Source: an uncultured Eubacteriaceae bacterium
GTDB taxonomy: Bacteria > Bacillota > Clostridia > Eubacteriales > UBA1433
Length of the DNA: 64,000 bases
NCBI GenBank assembly: GCA_964533615.1
Contig: CAZHMK010000004.1
Coordinates: 138,398 to 202,397 of the forward strand
Reading direction: 5' to 3'
The position numbers were made by a program, and so were the translations under genes. Shown piece after piece: positions 36,143-46,161 of this stretch. Every line of letters starts with the position of its first letter. The first letter of the stretch is position 1. The notes under the pieces were generated by a model. It was given only the letters and a program-made list of their open reading frames with translations, was not told the origin of the DNA and made no database searches.

Positions 36143-37278
36143 TAAAAATGATCAATTTTAAAGACTTTTCACTTCAAGAAATCAAAGATTATTTCAAAAC
36201 CATCGAAATCAGCGAATATAAAAATTATTACAACGATTTACTATCCGACAACCGAAAAAGTGTGCTTTTATTTGCAGATCATTTACAAAGACAAGAAAAT
36301 TTGTATAATAAAGAAATCCTGCGGACAGAGCATATGATTACTGCACAGAAATCATTATTTGACGATCGGGCCACTCTTATTGCCGGAATCGACGAGGTCG
36401 GCAGAGGGCCGCTGGCAGGCCCGGTCGTGGCATGCGCTGCAGTAATGAAAACAAACTCCCCTGTACTGTATCTAAACGACAGTAAGAAGCTGACTGCAAA
36501 GAGACGCGAAGAACTCTATCAACTCATTTATGACAACGCCGTATCCATAGGAATCGGCATTATCGATAATGCCAGAATTGATAAAATCAATATTTTAAAT
36601 GCAACAAAAGAGGCAATGATGCAAGCTGTAAAAAAATTAAGTATCACCCCCGATGCACTACTCATTGATGCGCTGTTGCTGCCCTGCCCCATCAAACAGG
36701 CGGGCCCAAGCAAAGCGGATGAAAATTATTACTCCGTCGCAGCGGCAAGCATCATTGCAAAAGTAACCAGAGATCATATGATGAAACAATATGCCCTTAA
36801 ATATCCCATGTATGAATTTGATGCAAACAAAGGATACGGCACATCTTCACATATCGCGGCGATCCACAAATACGGCCCATGCACTATTCACCGACAAAGC
36901 TTTATCAAAAAAATATTTACCGTAAATGATAAAAAAGCAATTGGCAACTCTGGCGAAGTGCTGGCCTGTGAATACATACTCAACAAAGGGTATTGTATTT
37001 TAGAAAAAAATTACAGAAGTCCGTACGGCGAGATTGACGTTATCTATAAAGATCATGAATATTTGGTATTCTGCGAAGTTAAAACGAGAAAGAATACCGA
37101 TTACGGCACTGGCTCCATGGCTGTGAGCTATTCTAAAATCAGCAAAATCACACAAACTGCGTTGTGTTATATCACACAGAACGACATTCAAGATACAGAT
37201 ATACGTTTTGATATTATCGAAATTTATGAAAATAATAAAATAGTTCATATTGACAATGCATTTACAGCCATGGCATAA
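36139..37278 (+). CDS. rnhB: Ribonuclease HII fused to a YraN/UPF0102 endonuclease-like domain
   Basis: 379 aa single ORF. RNase HII motifs GIDEVGRGPLAGPVV, DSKKLT and SIIAKV. C-terminal about 115 aa GEVLACEYILNKGYCILEKNYRSPYGEIDVIY..VFCEVKTR...RFDIIEI matches the YraN pattern. Confidence 0.85.
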   Translation: MIKMINFKDFSLQEIKDYFKTIEISEYKNYYNDLLSDNRKSVLLFADHLQRQENLYNKEILRTEHMITAQKSLFDDRATLIAGIDEVGRGPLAGPVVACAAVMKTNSPVLYLNDSKKLTAKRREELYQLIYDNAVSIGIGIIDNARIDKINILNATKEAMMQAVKKLSITPDALLIDALLLPCPIKQAGPSKADENYYSVAAASIIAKVTRDHMMKQYALKYPMYEFDANKGYGTSSHIAAIHKYGPCTIHRQSFIKKIFTVNDKKAIGNSGEVLACEYILNKGYCILEKNYRSPYGEIDVIYKDHEYLVFCEVKTRKNTDYGTGSMAVSYSKISKITQTALCYITQNDIQDTDIRFDIIEIYENNKIVHIDNAFTAMA

Positions 37279-37299
37279 AGCTTTTTTCGGGGTATTCAT

Positions 37300-38886
37300 T
37301 TATGCATTGGGATATTGTAATAAATCTCTGCATAAATACCCGATTCCCGCCGATGCCAACAGATTCCAAAGAAACGAAATCAAAAATACAAATGATACCG
37401 TTGATGCCACGGATAACAAATGGCTCAGTAAAATACCTATAACGATTCCGGGCAATCCCAATATAATTAATATAATAAAATACAATGTGATCATAATAAC
37501 TTTGCTCATAGAGCCTTTGAGCACCTTTTCCACTAAAATATTCCCGGCTAAAAACAAAATCCCAAACCCTATCCGTGCAAAAATATATAAAATTATCTCA
37601 CCTGCAGATGCCTTGTATAACAGCCCTATAATAAGAAAAGTAATTGTGGATTCAATAGACATTTTTAAAATGCTTTCCATAAAAACGGCAAGCAATTTTA
37701 AAGCCGGTTTCACAGGAATCAAGTACGCATAATGCATAGTAAGCTCTTTGATGCCTCTGCTAAGTGCAGTAGAAAAAATCATCATATAGACCGAAAAAGC
37801 AAATACCGCTACGATACCTATTTTTTTCATAGCTAAAGCAAAAATCAAGGTTATAAAAAAATAAATCAAAAAGTTTTTATCTACCAATAAAATACGCGAA
37901 CGCTTATTTTCCAACAGTTGCTTATAAAAAAACACGCTTGCTCCGCTTCCTTTATTGATCCCCGTTTTTTCTAATCTGATTTTTTGAGGAACGGCCTCCG
38001 CAACTTTGCCCATCTTTGCATTGCTTTGTGCAGTATGCCTGATTTCAGTGGCCAGCAGCACTTCTTCATAAAAATCGGGATGCAATTTAAAAAATATCCA
38101 GACAGCCATCAGCAAATAAATAATCACTGGAATTAAGGAAAAAATAAACATTACTTTATTTTCGATAATCCATGAGGCCGTGAGCACCTGTAGCCATCCC
38201 GCTATCGGTATTAAGCTTATAATCGGAGCACTGGAAGAGAGCACAAATGCTTCAAGCATGCTTTTGCCCATCAAAATTTTAACGATTGCCGGCAAAATAA
38301 TAATGATACCAATCAATAGACAAAAAGCATATAAAATATATTTAACCAGCTTTTGTTTTTCGGGATCGTGGCTTGAAAAAGAATAGATCACCATCGCTGT
38401 GACATTGGACGCAAAAATTGAAAGCGAATAACACAACAGAATAATCAATAAATCTGCAAAAGAAATACCATATAAATTATGAAGCCATGAATATTGGAAC
38501 AATATAAAAAATCCCACAAACAACGATGCTCCCATTTGCTTTATGAGTCCGTATAATAAAATAAGCTTTGAATTAATGGGACTTAAAAATAAAATATTCA
38601 CATCCGATAAAGTATAAAAAGTCGCCCCCGAATGCAATCCCTGCACACTTCCCGCTATAAAAGCAAATAAATAGAGTGCCAAAAGAATCGAGTATAATTC
38701 ACTTATATCTCTGGCTGCACCGTTGCCTCCTTTCGCAGAAAAAAATGATACTATAATTAAGGCAATAAATAAAACCAGCACTATTAGTTTTGGAATATTT
38801 TTCTTATAGCCTTTAAAATGATTCTTTAATTTTATCAAAAATAAATACCACAAAGCATTCATTTTCATATACCTTTTATAATACAA
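37300..38886 (-). CDS. Polytopic membrane protein, putative ABC exporter permease partner
   Basis: 528 aa, about 12-14 TM segments, directly downstream of an ABC ATPase. The start may be an internal Met (MKMNALW). Confidence 0.55.
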   Translation of the reverse strand: MYYKRYMKMNALWYLFLIKLKNHFKGYKKNIPKLIVLVLFIALIIVSFFSAKGGNGAARDISELYSILLALYLFAFIAGSVQGLHSGATFYTLSDVNILFLSPINSKLILLYGLIKQMGASLFVGFFILFQYSWLHNLYGISFADLLIILLCYSLSIFASNVTAMVIYSFSSHDPEKQKLVKYILYAFCLLIGIIIILPAIVKILMGKSMLEAFVLSSSAPIISLIPIAGWLQVLTASWIIENKVMFIFSLIPVIIYLLMAVWIFFKLHPDFYEEVLLATEIRHTAQSNAKMGKVAEAVPQKIRLEKTGINKGSGASVFFYKQLLENKRSRILLVDKNFLIYFFITLIFALAMKKIGIVAVFAFSVYMMIFSTALSRGIKELTMHYAYLIPVKPALKLLAVFMESILKMSIESTITFLIIGLLYKASAGEIILYIFARIGFGILFLAGNILVEKVLKGSMSKVIMITLYFIILIILGLPGIVIGILLSHLLSVASTVSFVFLISFLWNLLASAGIGYLCRDLLQYPNA

Positions 38887-38914
38887 AGAACTGTACAGTG
38901 ATTTATATTATACC

Positions 38915-39682
38915 TTACTCTTCATTTGTTGTATCTCGCTGCATATCTATATCTCTTTGCGGGAAAGTAGCCTCCAGTAAAGTTTTACTGTTTTCAGTGA
39001 TGTTAAAAAACAATTCTTCAAGCGATTGCGTATCTTTGGATTTGTTCTTTTTTTCTTTTGAAGCGGCTATTTTACCGTCCATCATAATATAGGCCTTATC
39101 CCATAAATCTTTTATACTGTCGAGCATATGTGTACTGATCAGAATGGATGCTCCTGCTTTTTTTAATATTATAAATATATTTTTAAGTTCTTTTATTGCA
39201 TGTGGATCCAACCCGATCATAGGCTCATCAAAAACAATCACTTTTGGTTTTGGTAAAAGCGCACAGATAATACTTAACTTTTGCTGCATGCCTTTTGAAA
39301 GCTCTCGTCCCAGTTTATCTCTTTTATCAGCAAGCTCAAAACACTCAAGAAGCTGTGAAGCATATTCTTCATAGCCGCTTAAATGATATGCTCTTGCGAT
39401 AAATTCAATATGCTCTCCTACTGTCAGCAAATCATAAACAGCTGGGATTTCAGGAACATATCCGAACACTTCTTTCGCTTCGATGGATTTATTTTCAAAT
39501 CCGCATATTTCAATCTTACCGTCAAACCGCAAAAGACCTGCAATACATTTTATCAGTGTTGTCTTGCCCGCCCCGTTCGGACCGATTAAAATAGTGATTT
39601 GGCCAGCTTCTACTGTTAAGCTAACCCCATCATTTGCTACAAATTTTCCGTACCTTTTTGTAACATTATATACCGTAAGCAT
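38915..39682 (-). CDS. ABC transporter ATP-binding protein
   Basis: Walker A GPNGAGKTT, signature LSKGMQQK, Walker B VIVFDEP. ATG at 39682 after GGAGG. Confidence 0.9.
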   Translation of the reverse strand: MLTVYNVTKRYGKFVANDGVSLTVEAGQITILIGPNGAGKTTLIKCIAGLLRFDGKIEICGFENKSIEAKEVFGYVPEIPAVYDLLTVGEHIEFIARAYHLSGYEEYASQLLECFELADKRDKLGRELSKGMQQKLSIICALLPKPKVIVFDEPMIGLDPHAIKELKNIFIILKKAGASILISTHMLDSIKDLWDKAYIMMDGKIAASKEKKNKSKDTQSLEELFFNITENSKTLLEATFPQRDIDMQRDTTNEE

Positions 39683-39818
39683 GAATGCCTCCAAAATAAT
39701 TATGCCTTATTATATCATATAATTAAATTAGTTTGCACGGCCAGAAAGTAAAAATTGCCTATATGATAATAAGAAATAATGCTATAATGATTATAAACGT
39801 AAAAATATGAGGTTAAAA

Positions 39819-40349
39819 ATGAAAAAAACATTTACAATCATATTGCTTATTCTATTTTTTTTCACTTTTACATCATGCAGCCAAGCAAAAGATTTAACCG
39901 AATATGGTCTCCAACTGCAAGATGATACATTTTATTACACATATTCCATGGAAGGCGGTTATGCTCTCTATGTTCACAACGACAGAACCGTTGAATTAAA
40001 TGATGCCGAGATGACCACATTTCTGCAATATTTTGAAGAATTGGAAGATATACAACCCTTTACCTATCCATATCTGGTTATCATTTATTTTAGTAATACC
40101 GAGCTCAATGTCTCGGCATTTCTGCCCGAACAAAAAACATATCTGTGCTATTATTACAGTAACGAAGACAGTATCGAAATAGAATTTGCATATTCCTATA
40201 AAAAAGACAAACTTCTTGGTTATAAAATACTTTCTGATAATAAAAATATAGACGCTGATTTGATATTAGAAAATGCAAGAAATTATTATGAAGCTGATAT
40301 ACAAGGTTTCGAAAGCACATATGGTGTTGATATTGAAGATTGGTTTTAA
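39819..40349 (+). CDS. Lipoprotein, unknown function
   Basis: Signal peptide plus lipobox (FTFTSCSQ). About 176 aa from MKKTF. Confidence 0.6.
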   Translation: MKKTFTIILLILFFFTFTSCSQAKDLTEYGLQLQDDTFYYTYSMEGGYALYVHNDRTVELNDAEMTTFLQYFEELEDIQPFTYPYLVIIYFSNTELNVSAFLPEQKTYLCYYYSNEDSIEIEFAYSYKKDKLLGYKILSDNKNIDADLILENARNYYEADIQGFESTYGVDIEDWF

Positions 40350-40420
40350 TTGATCTGAAAAACGATTGTTAAAATAAATAAAAATAATATTAACTAAATA
40401 ATATATTTGGAGGTAGATCA

Positions 40421-41440
40421 ATGACTTATGCAGAAATTTTAGAAAATGCGCGTAAACATATGAATGGAAACTGTAAGGTATGCAAGGTGTGTAACGGCGA
40501 AGCTTGCAGAGGCATTATCCCGGGCCCGGGCGGAAAAGCTTCCGGAGACGGATTTGTCAGAGCTTTTAAGAAATTACAGCAAGTCAAGGTACACATGGAT
40601 ACAATCTATGAAGGCGGCCCTATTGATACTTCTTGCTCTTTTTTCGGAAAGACATTTGCTTTTCCTTTTTTCGCTGCGCCAATCATGGGCACATTCTTTC
40701 AATATGGTGAAAAATATAATACTCATGAGTATAATCGAGCAGTAATAAACGGATGCAAAGATGCAGGCACCCTCGCTTTCACTTTCTTTGATCCTAATGA
40801 TGATAAAACGCTCGATGAGATCATCAATGCCGATTGCTGGGGTATTCCCACTGTAAAACCATGGCCGGTAGAAGTCATGCTGCGTCAATTTAAAGAAGCC
40901 GAAGAAAAAGGCCTTTTCGCCGTATGCACGGATGTTGACGGCGCGGGACTCTCACTCGTGCAAGGCATGAACAACCCGGTTGGCCCAAAATCGGTAAAAG
41001 AACTTACTTATCTTATTTCCAATGTAAAAATACCGGTGCTCATCAAAGGCATCATGACAGTTGCAGGCGCTCAAAAAGCCGTAGATGCAGGTGCATACGG
41101 TATTGTTATATCTACACATGGAGGCCGTGTGCAAGACCAAACACCAGCTCCGATTGAAATGCTGCAGGATATTGCAAATGCTGTTAAAGGAAAAATAAAA
41201 ATATTTATTGATGGCTCCATTCGAAGCGGCATTGATGTATATAAGTGTATCGCTCTGGGCGCTGATGCTGTGTTGATCGGAAGACCATATGTCACCACAG
41301 TTTATGGTGCTGACAGAGAAGGCGCTGAATTTTATACTAAAATGCTTGGCACTCAATTAAGAGAAACCATGATGATGACAGGCGCAAAAAATATCGGAGA
41401 AATTACAAAAGATAAAGTTTTTATTGATAAATTATTTTAA
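40421..41440 (+). CDS. FMN-dependent alpha-hydroxy-acid oxidizing enzyme family (TIM barrel) with N-terminal Cys cluster
   Basis: 339 aa. C-terminal pattern STHGGR...DGSIRSG.D..K..ALGAD.V.IGRP is typical of the FMN-dependent dehydrogenase family. N-terminal CKVCKVCNGEAC. Confidence 0.65.
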   Translation: MTYAEILENARKHMNGNCKVCKVCNGEACRGIIPGPGGKASGDGFVRAFKKLQQVKVHMDTIYEGGPIDTSCSFFGKTFAFPFFAAPIMGTFFQYGEKYNTHEYNRAVINGCKDAGTLAFTFFDPNDDKTLDEIINADCWGIPTVKPWPVEVMLRQFKEAEEKGLFAVCTDVDGAGLSLVQGMNNPVGPKSVKELTYLISNVKIPVLIKGIMTVAGAQKAVDAGAYGIVISTHGGRVQDQTPAPIEMLQDIANAVKGKIKIFIDGSIRSGIDVYKCIALGADAVLIGRPYVTTVYGADREGAEFYTKMLGTQLRETMMMTGAKNIGEITKDKVFIDKLF

Positions 41441-41452
41441 TATAACAAAAAC

Positions 41453-41487
41453 AAAGCAAGTTGTCTCTGAAGATACAACTTGCTTTT
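41453..41487. terminator. Bidirectional intrinsic terminator
   Basis: AAAGCAAGTTGT-(10 nt)-ACAACTTGCTTTT between convergent genes. Confidence 0.65.
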
Positions 41488-41499
41488 ATACGTTTTTAA

Positions 41500-42369
41500 T
41501 TATGGATTATTTCTATACTGTAAATACCCGATAAACTGTTTTAAGGCAAGCGAAGCCGTTCTAGAATCTTTTATGACAAAGCCTATTTTGCGATATGCGG
41601 CAACTTCCAATTCTTTCTTAATAATATTATACGGAACACGTTTTAAGATCAATTCAGGCAAAATGCTGATTCCAATTCCCTGCTCAACCATTGACATGAT
41701 TGTGTAGTCGTCCCATGTGCTAAGATGTATATTAGGCGCGAGATGATGTTTTTCAAAGATTTTGGTTATCTCTGATTCCGCATTCTTTTCCAAAAGTATA
41801 AACACCTCTCTGTTTAAAGCATCGATCGGAAAAGTCTCACACTCTGCCAAAGGATGGTTTTGAGGTAAAATAACCATTAATTTATCTTGACCTAAAAAGA
41901 TGCTTTCAAGTCCGACCTTTGTAGGCAGTCTTAAAAATCCGCAGTCAACACGGCCTTCTATAACCCAATTTTCTATTTCATTATATTCTCCAATAAGCAA
42001 TTCAAAGTCTACCTTTGGATAATCTCTTTGAAAAATCTTAATAATGGTCGGAAGCCAATGCGTAGCTACACTCGAAAAGGCTCCTATTCGAATCAGTCCT
42101 GATCCTAATCCATTCAGCTCCTCTACTTGTATATGCAGCCTTTCATCTGCGTCACAGATTTCTTTTGCAAAAGATAATACCTTAAATCCATCAGCAGTAA
42201 TTCTAACTCCTAAACGGCTACGTTCAAATAAAACGATACCCCATTGACTTTCAAGATCGCTGAGCATATGACTCACTGCTGATTGTGTACATCCAAGATC
42301 CTTTGCTGCTTTTGTAAGACTTTTATATTCCGCTGTTTTTATAAAAGCTTTATATTTTTGAATACTCAT
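41500..42369 (-). CDS. LysR family transcriptional regulator
   Basis: About 289 aa from MSIQKYKAFIKTAEYKSLTKAAKDLGCTQSAVSHMLSDLE (LysR HTH) plus a substrate-binding domain. Confidence 0.85.
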   Translation of the reverse strand: MSIQKYKAFIKTAEYKSLTKAAKDLGCTQSAVSHMLSDLESQWGIVLFERSRLGVRITADGFKVLSFAKEICDADERLHIQVEELNGLGSGLIRIGAFSSVATHWLPTIIKIFQRDYPKVDFELLIGEYNEIENWVIEGRVDCGFLRLPTKVGLESIFLGQDKLMVILPQNHPLAECETFPIDALNREVFILLEKNAESEITKIFEKHHLAPNIHLSTWDDYTIMSMVEQGIGISILPELILKRVPYNIIKKELEVAAYRKIGFVIKDSRTASLALKQFIGYLQYRNNP

Positions 42370-42496
42370 TTTTTTACTATCATGAAAAATATTTATTTTT
42401 ATTTTTATTTGCATTAATATTTTTCATATTCATTTTATGATAAATTCTTTAGTAAATCAATATATTTATCAAGATAATTTCTATTTAGCCGATAAC

Positions 42497-42529
42497 AAAA
42501 GGGATAGTAAAAATTTCTTTACCATCCCT
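42497..42529 (-). terminator. Probable intrinsic terminator after ilvE
   Basis: GGGATAGTAAA/TTTACCATCCC stem with 1 mismatch. On the minus strand it is followed by UUUUGUU. Confidence 0.5.
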
Positions 42530-42575
42530 ATAAATTATACTATTATGATTCCCAAGATTAACCGAATTGTAAACT

Positions 42576-43643
42576 TTATTCTATTACTTTAATCCAGCCT
42601 CTTGTATCTTCCTTTTTACCATATTGCAGGTTTGTGATTTCATCATATAGCTTCTGTGAAATTTCACCGATAACTTGATTGTTTATAACAACTTCTTTGT
42701 CTTTCCATTTCAACAATCCTACAGGAGAAATAACCGCTGCCGTACCCGTTGCAAATGCTTCGCTCACTTTTCCTTCTTCAGCAGCCTTAAATATTTCATC
42801 TACTGTGATATCTCTCTCTTCTACCGGAATCCCCCACTCTTTGGCCAGTTGGATGACGGTAGATCTTGTAATCCCTGGAAGGATCGTCCCTCTCGTTAGA
42901 GGCGGCGTTATAATTTTACCGTCTATGACAAACATAATATTGCTTGTTCCAACTTCTTCGATATATTTACCTTCTTTAGCATCCAGCCAGCATATTTGTG
43001 AAAATCCCTTTTGAATCACTTCTTCGCCCGGCTTTAGTGTTCCTGCATAGTTCGCTCCGGCTTTATAATGCCCAATGCCGCCTTGTGCAGCACGTATGTA
43101 TTTATCTTCAATATATATTTTTGTAGGTTTCATTCCCTCAGGATAATAGGCCCCTACAGGAGAAAGAATTATAAAATATAGATATTTGTCGGAACGTTTT
43201 ACGCCGAGATGTGTTCCGGTCGCAATACAGAATGGTCGGATATAAAGCGCCATTCCATCTTTTGGCGGAATCCAATCTTTATCTATTTTAATAAGCTCTT
43301 CGATTGCATTCAGCATTTCATCCACATCAAAAGTCGGCATTGCCAAACGATCATGCGTGCTGTTCATACGTTCCATATTTTTTTCGGGTCTGAATAATCT
43401 TATTTTTCCGTCAGCTCCGTAAAAAGCTTTCATGCCTTCAAAGCTTTCCTGCGCATAATGAAAAACCAAAGCGGCGGGATCAATTAAAAATTGTGCATAT
43501 TCTTCGATTCTTGCATTATGCCAGCCAATTTTATCGTCATATTCAACGATAAACATATTGTCTGAATAATAATTACAAAATCCGCATTCATCCCACGACG
43601 GTTTTTCTTTTTTTGTTTTTGATTGGTTAAATTTGATGTTCAT
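42576..43643 (-). CDS. ilvE: Branched-chain amino acid aminotransferase
   Basis: About 355 aa from MNIKFNQSK (GGAAGGG RBS). Class IV aminotransferase pattern (FEGMKAFYG.DGKIRLFRP, GGIGHYKAGANYA). Confidence 0.9.
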   Translation of the reverse strand: MNIKFNQSKTKKEKPSWDECGFCNYYSDNMFIVEYDDKIGWHNARIEEYAQFLIDPAALVFHYAQESFEGMKAFYGADGKIRLFRPEKNMERMNSTHDRLAMPTFDVDEMLNAIEELIKIDKDWIPPKDGMALYIRPFCIATGTHLGVKRSDKYLYFIILSPVGAYYPEGMKPTKIYIEDKYIRAAQGGIGHYKAGANYAGTLKPGEEVIQKGFSQICWLDAKEGKYIEEVGTSNIMFVIDGKIITPPLTRGTILPGITRSTVIQLAKEWGIPVEERDITVDEIFKAAEEGKVSEAFATGTAAVISPVGLLKWKDKEVVINNQVIGEISQKLYDEITNLQYGKKEDTRGWIKVIE

Positions 43644-43682
43644 AATAGTTTTCCCTTCCAGTTTATAGATAATTTTCCTCGT

Positions 43683-43710
43683 ATTATAACATAGAATAAA
43701 AAATATGCAA
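43683..43710 (-). promoter_or_regulatory. Putative ilvE promoter
   Basis: Minus strand TTGCAT-N16-TATAAT with an extended -10 TG. Confidence 0.45.
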
Positions 43711-43762
43711 GTAAAATTTTTAAATATTCTGATTTTTTTCATTATTTTAGTATATTCAAATA

Positions 43763-43797
43763 AAAACTGTATGTGCAAGTATAACACATACAGTTTT
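43763..43797 (-). terminator. Intrinsic terminator after glnA
   Basis: AAAACTGTATGTG-(9 nt)-CACATACAGTTTT, a 13-bp stem, about 60 nt after the glnA stop. Confidence 0.65.
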
Positions 43798-43858
43798 AGA
43801 GAATTAATATATAAATAATATACTATTTATCTATATGATTAGTGATATTAAATTTATA

Positions 43859-45193
43859 TTATATTGTATTCAAATAAGTATCCAATTCCCATTGGCTAAC
43901 GCGCATTCTGTAGCTGTCCCATTCTGTTTTCTTTGCTTCAACATATTTTTCTGATGCATGCTCGCCTAAAATTCCCATTAGGAATTCACTGTTTTCAAGT
44001 TCGGCTACCGCTTCTATTAAAGTAGCCGGCAAGCTCTTAATGCCTTTTGCTTCTCTTTCTTCCGGGCTCATGTGATATAAGTTAGAAGATTCAGCTTCAG
44101 GTGCTGTCATTTTTTGCTTAATACCTTCAAGGCCAGCTGCAAGATTTACTGCAAGTGACAAATACGGATTCGCTGACGGGTCAGGATTTCTAAGTTCTAC
44201 GCGTGTGCTTGCTCCTCTTTTTGCCGGAATACGGATCAACGGGCTTCTGTTTTTCGGAGACCAAGCTAAGTATACCGGTGCTTCGTATCCTGCAACAAGA
44301 CGTTTATAAGAGTTTACTGTCGGATTTGTAATAGCTGCCATAGGTCTTGCAAAGCTTAATAATCCGGCAATATATTGATATGTTTCTTCGCTCAATTGAT
44401 TTTTGCCGTTTGGATCATAGAAAGCATTTTTACCGTTTTTGAAAAGCGATTGATTGGTATGCATACCTGAGCCATTAATTCCAAAGATTGGTTTTGGCAT
44501 GAATGTAGCATGTAGTCCATGTCTTTGCGCGATGACTTTTACAACCATTTTAAAGGTCATAATATTATCTGCTGCTGTAAGCGCATCCGCATATTTAAAG
44601 TCAATTTCATGCTGACCGATTGCTACTTCATGATGGGAAGCTTCAATTTCGAATCCCATTTTTTGAAGCGTCAGTACCATGTCTCTTCTTGCTGCTTCAC
44701 CTAAGTCAACAGGTGCAAGTGAAAAATACCCGGCTTCATCATTTGTTTTTAAAGTTGCTTTGCCGTCATTATCTAAATGGAACAAAAAGAATTCACATTC
44801 CGGTCCCACATACATTTCGTATCCCAAATCTTTGGCTTCTTGTATTGTTTTCTTTAAAATGTATCTCGGGCATCCTTCGAAAGGTTCTCCGTCAGGAGTG
44901 TATACGTCACATATCAATCTTGCTTCCTGACCAATTTGAGGTTTCCATGGGTAGACTTCAAAAGTAGCAATGTCAGGTCTTAAATACATATCACTTTCTT
45001 CAATTCTTACAAATCCGTCAATAGAAGAACCGTCAAACATAATTTCATTATCTAATGCTTTTTCCAATTGCGAGCGTGTAATTGACATATTTTTTAAAGT
45101 TCCGGTTAAATCCGTGAATTGTAAGTGTATGAACTCGACACCGAGCTCATCGGCTTTTCTTAGTACATCTTCTTTTGTACAAACATCTTTCAT
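43859..45193 (-). CDS. glnA: Glutamine synthetase, type I
   Basis: 444 aa. [18 protein letters not shown] and [10 protein letters not shown] motifs. Confidence 0.95.
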   Translation of the reverse strand: MKDVCTKEDVLRKADELGVEFIHLQFTDLTGTLKNMSITRSQLEKALDNEIMFDGSSIDGFVRIEESDMYLRPDIATFEVYPWKPQIGQEARLICDVYTPDGEPFEGCPRYILKKTIQEAKDLGYEMYVGPECEFFLFHLDNDGKATLKTNDEAGYFSLAPVDLGEAARRDMVLTLQKMGFEIEASHHEVAIGQHEIDFKYADALTAADNIMTFKMVVKVIAQRHGLHATFMPKPIFGINGSGMHTNQSLFKNGKNAFYDPNGKNQLSEETYQYIAGLLSFARPMAAITNPTVNSYKRLVAGYEAPVYLAWSPKNRSPLIRIPAKRGASTRVELRNPDPSANPYLSLAVNLAAGLEGIKQKMTAPEAESSNLYHMSPEEREAKGIKSLPATLIEAVAELENSEFLMGILGEHASEKYVEAKKTEWDSYRMRVSQWELDTYLNTI

Positions 45194-45314
45194 ATTAATC
45201 CTCCTAAAAAATTAAAAAACGCCAACTAAATAAGAATACATTTGCTTCTGTATCATTCGTTGACGCCGTTGTCAAATTATATTTTTTATAAAATAACATC
45301 ATTACAGCAAAATG

Positions 45315-45959
45315 TCAAGTATTTTTATTATTTTCCGATAATAAATATGTGAGCACATAAAAGCTTTCATTAATTGCTACATTTTCGATAACAATATCGC
45401 TATCTAGTTCTAAATCAGCAGTAGAAAAATTCCAGATAGCCTTTATATTATTTTTTATAATTTCTTGTGCGACTTCAAGCCCTGCCGTTTTAGGGACCGC
45501 TAAAATCGCAATATCAATTGCATTTTCTTTTGTAAAATTTTCTAATTCATTCATATGGTATATGGGAATATCTTTTACGAGCAAACCAACCTTGCCCTCA
45601 TCACTGTCAAACATTGCACATACTTTCGCATTGCCATCCAGGCTAAAGATATAATTAGTTATCGCTCTGCCCAAATTGCCGGCTCCAATAATAATACAAT
45701 TGGATGGAGTATTGATGGATAAAATATCTTCAATTACAGTAATCAAATCTTCTACATTATATCCATATCCTTGCTGTCCAAACCCACCAAAATAATTTAA
45801 ATCTTGTCTGATCTGAGATGCCGTGAGACCCATTCTGGCAGATAAATCTTTTGATGATATTTTATAAATACCTTCTTCCAGCAATTCTTTTAAATACCTG
45901 TGGTATCTAGGTAACCTTCTTACTACCGGCATAGGTGCATTTTTAGATAATGTCTGCAT
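45315..45959 (-). CDS. rex: Redox-sensing transcriptional repressor Rex
   Basis: About 214 aa from MQTLSKNAPMPVVRRLPRYHRYL. Rossmann motif IIIGAGNLGRA. The ORF-track N-terminal extension was trimmed (GGAGGAGAG RBS). Confidence 0.9.
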   Translation of the reverse strand: MQTLSKNAPMPVVRRLPRYHRYLKELLEEGIYKISSKDLSARMGLTASQIRQDLNYFGGFGQQGYGYNVEDLITVIEDILSINTPSNCIIIGAGNLGRAITNYIFSLDGNAKVCAMFDSDEGKVGLLVKDIPIYHMNELENFTKENAIDIAILAVPKTAGLEVAQEIIKNNIKAIWNFSTADLELDSDIVIENVAINESFYVLTYLLSENNKNT

Positions 45960-46161
45960 ACTCTCCTCCAGTTTTATTTTATGATTTAGAATTATCTTTC
46001 TTGTTTTCCATTGATATTTGTTCCGCCAGCCGTTATAATTAAAAATTAATTCTTCATACCAGCTCTTGAAGTTTAAATTACTTTGTTTTATATTTAACAA
46101 TATTATTATACCATAAATTAGTCAGTTGTAAACAAGAATATACTATAAATAAGGAGAATGT

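Noticed and set aside
37250-37732. 160-aa plus-strand ORF after rnhB-yraN
   Set aside because: It is antisense to the 3' end of the 528-aa membrane protein gene. It overlaps the rnhB stop without an RBS.
42576-43787. Long N-terminal extensions in the ORF track (ilvE 403 aa, also rex 261 aa, surface protein 646 aa, acyltransferase 299 aa, GntR 248 aa)
   Set aside because: The extensions are hydrophobic or low-complexity and lack an RBS. Internal ATGs preceded by good Shine-Dalgarno sequences give proteins of canonical length, so the starts were moved. These start calls remain predictions.
46126-46135. TTGTAAACAA palindrome upstream of the ABC-F gene / rex region as a Rex operator
   Set aside because: It is only a 10-bp palindrome. 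The Rex box is about 18 bp (TTGTGAA-N4-TTCACAA-like), and no full site was seen.
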